Origin: Stegostoma tigrinum
Taxonomy: Eukaryota
DNA: 64,000 nt
NCBI RefSeq assembly: GCF_030684315.1
Contig: NC_081381.1
Span: forward strand, 25,795,811-25,859,810
Direction of reading: 5' to 3'
Positions 27,041-39,654 of this stretch are shown here, piece after piece; position 1 is the stretch's first letter, and each line of letters opens with the position of its first letter. Below the pieces are notes generated by a model. That model did no database searches. It saw nothing but the letters and a program-made list of their open reading frames with translations, and had not been told where the DNA came from. The position numbers and the translations under genes were made by a program.

Positions 27041-30000
27041 TAGAATAATCACTTCCCTTACTAACTTTCTCCACTCCTTTACTGAAAGTATCAACCACTC
27101 ACTACACCACAACTACACCATAAATCACAACAGGTGGTCTCCTTCAAATATATTTTCTTGAGTGGCTATTCTTAATGTGTCAGCCTTACAATGAGTATGA
27201 CCAACTACTGAACTGTATGGGCTGATGCTCCTTGTCATGGACTGCAGTAGGAATCACTGTTGAATAGGGGTGAAGCCCCTAACTGATGACTCTTCACCCA
27301 TGTTGCTGATGGAGTACTCAGGCTATTTACTAAACACCTGATAGAATATTGTGTATAGATCTACAAATTTGTAGAATGTGTTTTGTTTTAAAAACAGATT
27401 TGCTTTATAATAGATGCATAAATCAAACAAGTTTTTCAGACTGCATTTCTTACATGATAGTAATTCATTTTTGACTTTTTACATAAACAATTGATATCAA
27501 AATGAACATCTAAAGTTCACTTCCCTTTGCTGAGATAGCAGTGACTTGGTATGAACTAACTACATTCCATTCTAGATAAAATTTAAAATTTATTTGAAAA
27601 AAAAAAGAAATACTTTTCTAACTTCCAAAATAATTTTGCCTATAGTAACATCAGAATAAAAACTATTGTCCATTTTATGTTGATTAGAAATGTAAAGCAC
27701 TTTATGCTGTAAAACATATAGACACTCATGGGGAGATATTTTCTCCAGACCTCTCCCTTATTCTTGGAACACTATGGTATTGCATAAGAGCAGAGAAATG
27801 AGTTCCCTATTTACATCATGGGGTGGAGATACATAGTGCAATTAGAAACAGGGAGTAATAAATAAACTAACACAAAAAATATCCTCGCAACACTATTTCC
27901 TGGTTACAGCATTTTATGAAATAAATATATCCCTACCTAATTTTTTTTGTGTAAAGCGAATGCTACTACAGTCCTCAAAAGAAAGGTCTATTGTCTCATG
28001 TAGGCCACCAATAAGGGACAAACAGCTCTCACATAGAGTAGAATCGACAGAATTTTGTTAATTGGATAGAGAGGGATGGTATAAAAATAGCAATCAGTTA
28101 AATGGCACAAAACTGAATGCTTAGCCAAGGATTGAAAGTAGTTCGCAGCATTAAGCATTGACACTTTAGAATAAGATATTTTCTGAATGAATTCAAAACG
28201 TAGGTAAGCCAATTTTTTGCCTCCCTTTCCTTTTCCTCCATCCCTCCATCCTGTATGGTCCTATTACGTGAATACATTGCTTGCAAGGCATATCTTAATT
28301 TTTATTGTCAGACTTGTGGAATAAAAGATCGTCTTTTAAAAAAAGACCCAAAAAACAATAATCCCACAAGGCTTCTCAGCCCATACTACTATAATGCAGC
28401 TTTTCCATAGAATTATGCACAGGCACATATAGGCCAAAGATGAAAAGAGAAAAAGGCCAAGGTTGAAAATGCTAAACATGCACCATAAACAAAAGCACAA
28501 AGAATTCAGCAGTAATTCTGATACGGCTGCTACTTTACATGTGATGCATTATGTGGTTTGGCAGGCATTCATTTTACTTGAATGAAAAAGGAAAATCAAG
28601 GCTTTAGCACAAAGGCTAGGACCAAAACAGTTAGTGATTGACTGGTACGAATGTTATTGTTAGCATATTTTGTGTGATTGTAGGGGTGCAGTTCCAAAGC
28701 TCTCATCTGGTCACAGTGTTGCATCCTCGCTGTTCAAGATTAAATAGAACCACAGGAATTTGCTTCATGAAAATGAACTGGATATATATTTGGAAAGGGA
28801 AAAAAAAAATCAGAGTTATGGTGAAAAGCAAGATTAAATTGATAGCTTTTATCAAAGAGCTAACACAGACAGAATAGGCAGATGCCTGACTCTCCCTACC
28901 CTGACAAAATAATTTCTCTCTATTCGCACTCCCAAAAATTTCCAAATTTGAATTTAATCTCCATTTTGCTTCTCACTGCTCCAGTGAAAATGGTCTGATT
29001 ACCTCAAACCATCACATCCTTCAACATTTGATCTGTGCTCTCCTTTGCTTTAATGGTAAGCCCATCATAGAGTACCCAAAACCTAATTCTATGGCTGCAG
29101 TTCCTATATTATAGTAAAAACTACAATTTTAAAAAGTACTTCACTGACTGTAAAGCTCTAAGGTTTTCTGTGGTTGCAATATGTACTACATAAATTCAAT
29201 TACACGCAAATTCTCACTTACTTTACTCTTGTATATTACTAATAAAAACTTAAAGCTAACATATTCTTATTATTCATTCATCTTCCAAAATGTATTATTT
29301 CTATCATATTCTTGTCTGTCAATAATTTTACCCATTCTGGTGTGTCCATGCCTTTCTGAACTCTCTCAATGACTTCACTGAGTGCTGACACATCATAGTA
29401 AGGAGATTGGTAAATTTTGAGTTTTACATCCACATACCAGAATAATATTTCTTCAATTTGAACAAGACCCATTTCACCAAACTACTATTTATAAAACTTC
29501 TTTGTTTCCTGTACGGCAATCAATTTGCTATTCATATTGCTGTTTTTTCCCCATTAAATTTTCTGGATCTTTTAGAACAAATTTGCTGTGTGACTCTCAG
29601 ATCCCTGCTGGAAATCCATATGCAGCATATCCATAACACTCCCCTTACCCACAGCCTTTAAGTCCTGCCTTTACAAGTCTATCAGCCCACCTATTCTTCG
29701 ATCTCATCCCCTAAACTTAATACATTTTTCAGTCATCTTCAGCATTAATAGGCCCAACTTTATCACATGCCTCCATTTTAAACTCCAGTTTACTTTAATA
29801 TGCCTAGTGTATGGAGCTCAATTCTTTGCTTATTACTGTGCTGTAGGAATACATTTACTTTTCACTTGATCAATTTCCCATTGCTGATCTCACCTTTTGC
29901 TGACATTGTTGTCAATTAATTTGGACTAGATAGTTGCTGAACTTGAACCATTTCAATTTCAACATCTTTACTGACTGAACCAGGTAATGCTTTGATTGCT

Positions 30001-30569
30001 CAATTTTGTTCACACACATTGTCTTTATTTTAGCTGTTATTGGGACAATCAGCAATGGTGACTGCAGTACATAGTAAAATTTTACACCAGGACCACCTTA
30101 GGTAAAAGCAGTACCAGTCTATCACTAAAATTAATTTATGATAGCAGCTGCAATAATCAATTATTAATGCAATGAAACCTGCACTAAATGGTCACTTGCA
30201 GCAATGCAACTATCACATCCATAGATGTCAGTAATATATCATGACATGAATTAAATTCTAATGGTAAAGTTAGGCTGTGATTACAACATTTCATTTAACA
30301 TGTCTTAAATCTGCCATGATTCTATTTAGGTAGCATCCTCAAAGTGTGGGTATGGAAATAAAAGTATATTTCAAATTTATTTGATACAGCTTTTAAAAAA
30401 AACTTCCTCGCATTTACCCCTGGCAAGTGCCAACTCTTTGGTTGAGTATTTTCATTAGCACTGTCATCCGGCATCTCACCCATGTTGCCGTACTTCATGT
30501 GACCAATGGAGAGAATATTCAGTTGTGGTAAGCATATCACAGTTGAGCCAGAGCCTATTTTGTTTATAG

Positions 30570-31260
30570 AGTTGTAGCGTCATAGAGCACAGAAACAACT
30601 CTTCAAGCCAACCAGGTATCGTAAACTGAACTAGGCCCATTTGCCAGTGTTTGGCCCTTATCCTCTAAATCTCACCTATTCCTGTCCAAACATCTTTTAA
30701 ATGATGTAGCTGGACCTGCCTCTACCACTTCCTTGGGCAGCTCATTTCATAATATGTACCATCCTGAGAGAGAAAAAGCTGCCCCTCAGGTTCTTTCTAA
30801 ATCTTTTTCTTCTCACCTTACACCTATGCCCTCTAGTTTTGTACTCCCCCTACCCTTGGAAAAAAGGCCTTGCTTATTCATCTTATCTAAAGCCCTGATG
30901 ATTTTATAAGTCTTATAAGATCACCCCTCAGCCTTTGGCCTTTCAAAGAAAGAAGTCCTAGGCTATCCAGCTAACAAAGTGTGGAGGTGGATGAACACAG
31001 CAGGCCAAGCAGCATCATGTGTTCATCCAGCTCCACACTTTGTTATCTTGGATTCTCCAGCATCTGCAGTTCCCATTATCTCTCGGCTATCCAGGCCTCT
31101 CCTTAGAACTCAAACACCCCAGTCCTAGCAATATCCTAGTAGTTTCTTTTCTGTACCTTTTCTTGTTTAACAACATCCTTCCTATAGCAGTGCAACTAGA
31201 ATTGTATGCAATATTCTAAAAATGGCCCCACCAATGTCTTGTACTGCTGCAACATGACAT
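30570..31260 (-). mobile_element. CR1 3' fragment, host of the 112-bp PLE insertion
   Basis: CR1 tail and RT C-terminal homology; similar to 60860-61400. Confidence 0.85.
30973..31084. mobile_element. 112-bp palindromic PLE tail element lacking the hammerhead, inserted in CR1
   Basis: Perfect 10-bp TSD ggctatccag at 30961-30970 and 31085-31094. Confidence 0.88.
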
Positions 31261-32569
31261 CACACCTACAGTAGCCACCAGCTGCCTGGATCAAAAGTTA
31301 TTTCTGGGAAGGAATTTCTCCCAACATACAAGCTTTTACACCATGCTTTCTTTTAGGGGTTATTAAACAACAATCAGGGATGGAATTCCAGCTGATTTCC
31401 CCTCCCTAACTGACATCAAGTATTAGACCCTAATGAAGATCAGCTAACCCAACCAAACTTAGGATTGTACCTGGCACCTTTATTGCCTAAAATATTCAAC
31501 TGCTCATCAGGAAATCTCCCTGTATCAATGTCACCCTCCTAAATAAATGTGGCTCAGTGCTCCCAGGTAAAATGATGATCCTTTAACCAATGCTTCACCT
31601 CATCATCACAAATTTATTTACACACTTGAACAACTTTTATTTAGGACAATGCTAAGTTCTAACCTAAATCTAGATTGGAATGACATTCACATTCCATTAC
31701 AAAACATAATGCAATTTATAAAAGACCAACACAATTTCTATCAAATCCTCAGTATGATAAACTTTTTTTTCTCTTCCAGGGTGTGAAACTATTTTCACAT
31801 TTGAACTGTAATCTGGAACTCCCAAATTTCAAGCTTAAGACTGTATTTTATTTTGCTCACCTTTATTTAGCTTCTACATAAATTTGGTTAAGGTTTCAGA
31901 CTTTATGTTTCACACTAGTGGATTGAAGATAAGTTTAATTACCAACACATCATCAAGGGCATATGGTTCACACTTCAATTAGTAGTAAAACTGTATGAGC
32001 CAGATCAAGGAACAGGTGGTGCAGAAAACTGGATTACTTTTGTAATGAATAGTAAAACCATTCTTAACTTTTGGCTCAATGTTAGGTAACTGAACTTACA
32101 ATTGTTCTTCTTAATTCCACTGCATCTGTCAAAATAATCACACTAGCAGATAATTGCCTGTTTAGTAAAGGGGTTAATAAGGTTGTAGGTTTCATATTGA
32201 CTAGTAGTTCTTGCCATGTTAAGAATCTATTTTATGTTTAATTTACAAAGATGGGCTTTGTTTGATTTATATCAGTTGTAAAACACAAAAATCAGTGTCA
32301 GGTGGCCTCAAGATGCAAACCTTGGGAAATAGGGGGATGGATCAAGAAATATAAATTTCTAATCCATTTTTTTGATGTAGTAAGCCTGTGACATCTAATG
32401 GCTCTGTGTCAGTAATGCAGAACATATTCGGGGTTCTGATGAGGGAGAAGGAGGAAGAGGAGGTGTGCATGGAAACTCTAAGGTTTTAAATGAAACGGAA
32501 CAACTGAATTCTTTGCTGCTTAATCAGTGACCAGAAGAACAGGTTTCAGTTCAGTGATTTCATACTTAC

Positions 32570-32617
32570 CCAAGTTTAGGTACAACTGCAGCAACCTCCT
32601 CCAATCCCATTCTAATT
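32570..32617 (-). CDS. Candidate unannotated 48-nt in-frame cassette exon, ELEWDWRRLLQLYLNL
   Basis: cacctgcag|AATTAGAATG...AAACTTGG|gtaagtat; consensus donor, length divisible by 3, open in the required phase 1/1; no homology support known to me. Confidence 0.35.
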
Positions 32618-33353
32618 CTGCAGGTGCACCGTTCAGAATGGAAAATGGGAAGGCTGTCTGCTACCCTTCATGAGATTCATTTTGGGAATACATTGATTTA
32701 TATTTACTAGGATTATAAATCATAACAGCCTATTTATTACAGTGCTCAAAGTACCAAAAAGACTAGCAAGAAGGAAATGAGGAGGAAAAAGCTCACAACG
32801 GCAAGAGAAAATAAAATAAATTAGCACCACCTTACAAACATTTATTTCAAAACACAGCCAAAGCAAACATTCTGGTAGGATGAGATAGGAAATCTAATTT
32901 CAAACAAAATTAGATACAAGACTTGTGAAAACAGGCAGTTAACTTTCTAAGCAGAAGTTCATTCTATGCAACATTACTGTACACAGCCCTACCATTCACA
33001 GAATGACAGGAATTCAAAATTAAATACTATCAAACCTAAAAGCATGTAGTAAAAGGAAACTCAATTAAAGTGCTGACGCCTATTGGGCTGGCAATTGGAC
33101 AACATGCATGTTTCAAGAATGAGGAATAGGCGCTCACAAATGAAGAAAATTAAAGAAAAAGCAAAAGGGTAGGACAGAATCAGTTTTATTTACTTGCAAG
33201 ATGTTTTTATAAGTCAGGTAACTTGCATTTTATGGGGAAGTTACTTCTGTGGGTGATAGGAGAGGAAGTAGGAGCAGAGTGAACGAACAATCTGTCCCAT
33301 AAAATGCCTCAGAAACAGCTATGTATTAATACTCATTCTTGGGTACTGTGTAC

Positions 33354-33398
33354 CTTCAATGATGAATGTTCTTGATTTTGAAGAACTAAATGGATCCC
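33354..33398 (-). CDS. KCNAB2: KCNAB2 45-nt alternative cassette exon, GDPFSSSKSRTFIIE
   Basis: tcttcttctattaccag|GGGATCCATTTAGTTCTTCAAAATCAAGAACATTCATCATTGAAG|gtacac; symmetric phase 1/1; peptide matches the insert I recall from the long human KCNAB2 isoform. Confidence 0.92.
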
Positions 33399-35139
33399 CT
33401 GGTAATAGAAGAAGATTTAAGAAAACCAGAGTTTACAGCTGAAGGTACATACATTGCAGAATTTAGGGCATGGGAGAGGTAAGAGTAAATTTTTTATATA
33501 AATATACATACGTACAACTTCCCAGTTCAGAAAACAGTAGCCAAGTGAAACATCTTATTATAAACACATTCATTACAAAGTATACAAGCTGCAAAGGCTC
33601 AAATGCACAATGAGCAAAACAAAAATAATGTATTCTATCAGTTGAGATATTAAAGTGTTCAGTTTAAAAAGACACTATCCCTTTTGTTTACCTACATTGA
33701 GTAGATTTTAAATGCAGTACCAATCAAACCTACTCGGTGATACCAGCCGGAGGGGTGAAATGTAGCATGAACTGGCTTCAATGGATGAGTTTATGGTAGG
33801 ACTGGCAGTGATAAAAATATCAGCCACAGTCATAGATTTGGATTCAAATGATGCATACAATAAGCTTCAGAAAGATTGCCAAATGGTTAAAAAAAACCAC
33901 AGTATGACTAAAATAACCAACCATTTCAGCCTGCATTCCATGCACTTCCAGTTCTGGTCTGAGAGCCTGTCACTCTACCATTGGTTTCAGTCAGACACCT
34001 GTAACCTGGATTTCTTTACCTAAGGCTCACTGCCTCGCGAAGAAAACTGAAAGGATGCATGTACTGAAACAAGTTGCCCATGCCTATGAAAATTAGTCAG
34101 AGAATACATTGTGCCTCTGTGTCTCGCACATTCAGAAGCTTCCTCAAATCCACATATTCAATTCCCTTTCAAAATCCTTGTTTGGTGTTAATTTCACCCA
34201 TTGCCCCTGTAAAGCACTTTTAAATATTTAAAGAGTCTACAATTTTTGTTGTAAGATTGACCTGTTCACAGATGTTATTACAAACCTCTGGAGCAGGTGC
34301 CTAATGACAAATTTCCTAAACCAATTAGTGCAGGAGGGTTTTGGTGCAAAAACTGTACACTTTGGATGAAACAGCAATCAAGTTAATGCTGTTCATAGCT
34401 CTAATCAGTGGGGGGCAAGCGAACAAAAGTTTTAAATTTTCTAATTAACTTTCCAATGGAACAATTTTGTCTGAGTTAAACAGCCACAGTGGTGCCAGAT
34501 TTAATCAATGTGCCTTTGGGTTGGGGGAGGAAGAGGTGGTCATCCAGAGTGTCAGTTCCTGGTTACTACAAATGCCAAAGTTCAATAGTCCAGTGACAAC
34601 TACTGTATAAAAACGTTTGATGCTAGATTTGATAGCAGCTAACTCAGCATGGACTTGAGATCAAGTCTCTATAATCCAATACTTTTCCCTTTGAGGATCT
34701 GTTATGTTAAAGAGCTGTAATCCAGACAGTTGAGTAAACCTGTCATAGGAGACGCAAATTACAAAATAAACACTCAATTGACATTCTTAGAAACGGCAAA
34801 AATTTGAACCTGTAAATGATAAAAACTGCTTGCAATGATCAGCATTTTTACCTTTGATTTCACTACGGGGCACCTAACATTTGAAAACATTTAAGCTCAG
34901 CAGTTGGAACTGTGGTAGATTTCCAGCTACAATGGGTGTAGGTTTTGCCTTTATATTGTTGGGCCAACTGGTGACAGGAACTTTGAACTTGGACACCATA
35001 CTGCCGTCATAAGCAGTTTGTATTAAATAAGAAGCTTTTATTAGTAGCTGGTTTTAGGAAAGTAAGTTAACCCAAGTGAAACAATATTTTTAGTACTTTT
35101 GTTGAAGTCAGAAGCTTCAGGATTCAAATCCCTTTCCCA

Positions 35140-35490
35140 ACCCATATCAAAGTTTGAAGTGATACAAATCATCCATGGAAAGGATGCTTCCTCTTATAGC
35201 TGAGTCTAGAACTGGGGGATACTTTAAAATCTAGGGGTTGCCCTTTTAAGACAAAAGATGAGAATTTTTTTTCTTTCATAGGGCTGTGTGAATTTGTAAT
35301 TCTATCCCAAAAGGCAGTGGGAATGGGGTTATTGATATTTTTAAGAAGGTGGTAAATAGATTCTTGTTAGGTAAGTTAATCAAATGTTATTGGGGCAAAT
35401 GGAATACGGAATTTGAAACAAAAATCAACGAAGATCTTATAAATGGCAGCACAGATCAAGGGGCCATATGGCTCCAGGTTCATATATCTG
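35140..35490 (+). mobile_element. CR1 3' fragment
   Basis: gagtctagaact...agattcttgttaggtaag; CR1 3' end. Confidence 0.7.
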
Positions 35491-38400
35491 AAAATGACAA
35501 TGGCTCCCCAACCTCTGATCCCACTGCATGCAGTACTAGGCAAACTCCAAAGCCTCCAACTGGCATCTTCCAGTTGCTAACAAAGAACTACAGCCATGAG
35601 AGGAGCTGTTAAATTAGTTGGTGAATCCTTCCATTACTTCACACAATTCCCCAAGGGAGAAGTGTGAAGATCCAAAGCAAGAAACCAAAATGAACATGTG
35701 TAACCCAGCCAGTCAATTATCATCTTTGTAAAATATTCAAGACACCTTACAAATCTGCAAAAACATCACAATCATGTGAACCAGTATTATGCTACTGAAC
35801 TTACACAAACTATCTTTTCACAACCTAAATTTTATTGTCTATTATCATTTAAATGGTGCATTTGTAATTCCATTTCAAATTGTATTTGTAATATCGATAC
35901 TAGGATTGTAGGGTTAAAGTTTGAATCCTTGACAGGTATCTGCTGAAAATTAGCTCGGAGCATCCATCCAGCCAGACACGTGTGGTTTATGTAGGACTAC
36001 AAAAGGGACATTCTTTTATAAACCATTTAATGTATCTTACATCATATGGACTAAATGGTGGTGCCCAACAGCACTATCTTTAGTCAGTTTTACCGACTAC
36101 TCGGTTGATTGTAACAGAATATTTTTGTAATAAATTTCAAAAACTTTCACTACACGAATTGTTTAGGCAAACCTGACAATTTAGAATGACATTAGTATTT
36201 TGCTGGCATGTTGAGTGATATATTAATATACAGAATTATAAAAACCAACACAACTTTATTTCTATTTATGAGAAAAACAGAGGAAGCAATAAGCTGCAAA
36301 AAGTCTACAAATAATGCCACTGCAGTGGAAATTGTGTTGATGTCATTAGAACTAAACACCTTCATCAATGATGAGCATCCATGATTGTCCACAATGGATG
36401 TGGTGCTTTAATGACATGAACGATAGTACACATAGTCGAATATCACAACCTTTATTATGCATTCATCTATATCCAGAAACATTACCTTTCAGCCTAAATC
36501 ATGAATGATGATGAATGGGAATGGTTGCTGACATTTTCCGTGTCCAGTAAAGGAATATGAAAACCAATTTTAGTGCAGCAAATACTGCCCCAGCTGAGAT
36601 CAGCTAAGTTTTCCTTGTTCACTAAAAATGACAGGGTGAGAACAGGGGTGCAAGATCTATTTCCAAATCCTGTCAAATAATTTCAACAAAAGCATGATTC
36701 TGAGATTTTTAAATGGCTTAATGTTGCAATTTTCCGAACATGAACTGCTCCTATAGAGATGTCAGTCGAAAGAGGAAAAACAAACCTGCCACTTTTGTGA
36801 AAATTGTACAATGTCACACTACAAAAGAAAAACGTACATGAAGTATCAAGTTGGTGGCCCTTAAAGTAAACTACTGGCCTAAATAATTTGTGTTAAGTAA
36901 TTCACTTATATCTTTGTAAAATCATTATGGACTTCTGGCATACAAGTTTATCAATGTTTACCAACTTGTTTACAAGAATTCTGCTTATTAAAATAAAGAA
37001 ACATCAGTCTGGCAAAGAGTATTTTCTACTTCAGTTCCAACATTAAGCACTCCCAGAGTGTGGTTCAGACAGGCTGATGCACAGCAAAATACCATAATTT
37101 GATCTGACAATTTATCTCCTCCTCATTCTCAGGGGAATACATTTTATTGAACTGTACAACAATCTTCCATTTCCTACACCAGTCATCCAGGAGCTCGATA
37201 AATGGAATTGGTTGTTGCAACCCAATTACTGACAAATGCCTGTAAACTTAGTGCAGTACATCTTGTCCAGTAAACTGAAGAAATCCATTTCACATGGGAC
37301 TCTCATAACCAACACATGATGGAGATTATTTTCACATGGTCCAGTCTGGAATCCCATTGTGCCACATGCATTATGTGCCTGCTTACCTAAATGTCAGGCT
37401 CTAGTTCTTATCTAAAGGCACTCTCCCCTATATTGTTCTGAGTTCCTCTTTGTACAGATAATATAATCTAAGATTCCCACAATATTCACAAACTCCAACC
37501 AGTCTTGCTCAATTACATGAATTGGGCATATCATGACTCAGCCCATTGTCTGCCTGGAGACATGTACTTTGTGAACTGAATGATGGTTGACAAAATATTT
37601 TACTTCAGCCCTTGACTAAGGCAGCACTTTTACATCCAAATCCAGACAACAGACGTGGAAGTAGTAATCTTGAACACACAGTGACACCCAATTTTACAGT
37701 TTTAAAGTTTCTACATTAAAAGTAAATATAACAGCTCAAAAATGGCCCTGTCCTTTTGACTTCAACAAATGAACATCAGCAAAAACTATAAATAAGTAGT
37801 ATAGTATGTAGTATCCCAACTTTTACTTGGTAGGAAAATTCTTTCTTTAAACAAGCAATCCACATGTAGTGAAGAGTCTATGTGGGCAATTTCTCCCAAG
37901 TCGCTACTAGGAAACACATGACATTAGGCCAGAAACATTTCTCTCTCACTCCCCCATCATCTACAAAGGAGAGTGTGGACACGCTCCCAGGATGAAATCA
38001 ATAATATATGTTAATAATACTATGGTATTGAAGAAAATTTACATATCCCATCGTATACTATCATTTCAAGTGCTCCAGTTCAAAATAGTGCAAAATTTTA
38101 AATAAATGTCTAATAAAGAGTCACCTAAATTGAATCTCTCCACCTTAGAGTTCATAGTCGTTCCTGGAAACAGGAACAACACATCAAGTGATTGGAACTT
38201 TCGGCCACTGAATGACTTATAGACTAAAATGACTATTTTGACTCTTGTTCACGATTAGTTAGCTGATCTCAGATAGGCCAGTAATTGGGGTCAAGCAATT
38301 GGGTCCAGTGACACGAGGCTAGTGAAAAGAACAAGGATGTCCTTCAATTATTTAGTGCATGTCAGGGTACTTGAAGGCTACTGCTATTAAGAACTTACAT

Positions 38401-38763
38401 TTCCAGAGAAAAGGTACAGAAAGAGAAGAAAACTTGGATATGACATTGGAAAGTACCTCTATGTAAGTAAGCATGTGCGCTATTAATTAATATTTTGTAT
38501 CTGCTCTTGCATTTTAAATAATCAATCAGATGAGCCTGGTAATTCTTTTGGCAATACCAGGGTAACTTCAGTTTAGCACTGAGTAAATAGACTACTAATT
38601 TTTTATAAGATGTGTGTCAATCTACATTTCTTGAATTTTTAGTGCAGAGGTTTCTGGAAAGGAGTGGGGAGTTGGTGAAGATTAGAATGAGTGAATGAGT
38701 GCATTATACAACTAGCAGATTAAAGAATAATAATATTTCTTCACTGATGCCGATGCAACTGAC

Positions 38764-38850
38764 CTTCCATAGGTGTGTTTGGGTCCGGCCTGTTTGCGAA
38801 TACCACATCCACATACTCCAACTGCAAGCGCTCAAGAGAAGCCTTCAGTC
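38764..38850 (-). CDS. KCNAB2: KCNAB2 coding exon, (G)[28 protein letters not shown]
   Basis: gcttttgcag|GACTGAAGGC...ATGGAAG|gtcagt; 87 nt, phase 1/1; KASLER and PDPN are beta2-diagnostic. Confidence 0.98.
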
Positions 38851-38886
38851 CTGCAAAAGCAGAAAGATATAAAAATATATATATAA

Positions 38887-38902
38887 ATACACACACACAC
38901 AC
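38887..38902. repeat. Short (CA)n tract just upstream of the acceptor at 38851
   Basis: Direct reading. Confidence 0.8.
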
Positions 38903-39073
38903 AAAACGGATAGTCTGGCAATTTTATGATGCCTTGCTTTGCTTGGAATTTTATGTGGTGAGAAAAATAAATACTGTAATTAGGGCTTTAAAGTTAAAAG
39001 AACAACTACTTATTTTGAAAGGTGACTTTCTTGTGGAAATGTCACGATTTGCAAAAATGGGCTGATAGAACGG

Positions 39074-39240
39074 CAGTGGAGGAACACACCAGGCCAGGCA
39101 GCATCAGTGCAGCAGGAAAGCTGATATTTCAGGTCAGGACCCTTCTTCAGAAATGAATCAACATTATCTTTCCTGCTCCTCTAATGCTGCTTGGCCTGCT
39201 GTGTTCCTCCAGCTCCACACTGTGTTATCTCTGACTCCCT
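39074..39240. mobile_element. Palindromic PLE mini-element with near-intact hammerhead (39123-39150, minus)
   Basis: CUGAAGA-A-GGGUCCUGACCU-GAAA-UA-UC; imperfect TSD ctgatagaacgg / ctaatagaatgg. Confidence 0.8.
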
Positions 39241-39610
39241 CTAATAGAATGGGAGGCCTTCTGTGGTTTCTTCAAGACCACAGCATCATTTGCTGTTGAC
39301 CAGATTAAGGCTAAAGAAAAGGCAGCATCATTTATTTAGCTTTTTGCAACATTAAATCTGTTATCTGTGCCTGCACTCAAGATAAGCCTGTCTCCCTCCG
39401 CTTTCTTTCTGGCCAGGAACATGTTGTTTTCTTTTTTAACAAAGATTCAAAATTTGATTTATTACTACCGTGTCAAAAAGGTAGCGATTACTGTCGGTGA
39501 TGTATCATAAAGATTCTTAATATGTTCACATCAAGTGAAGATTTCATGCTCTAATAAAGGAAATAACCAATCATTGATAACAGAATTTTTGCATTAATGT
39601 AGCATCCTAC

Positions 39611-39654
39611 CTTCTATAATGTGTTTTCGGGATAGCCCTCGCTCAGTTTCTGCC
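39611..39654 (-). CDS. KCNAB2: KCNAB2 coding exon, (K)AETERGLSRKHIIE(G)
   Basis: tttcgcttgcag|GGCAGAAACT...ATAGAAG|gtagga; 44 nt, phase 2/1. Confidence 0.97.

Noticed and set aside
32562-32575. atacttacc on the plus strand resembles the 5' end of U1 snRNA
   Set aside because: The match ends after 9 nt and no U1 body follows; better read as a consensus donor on the minus strand
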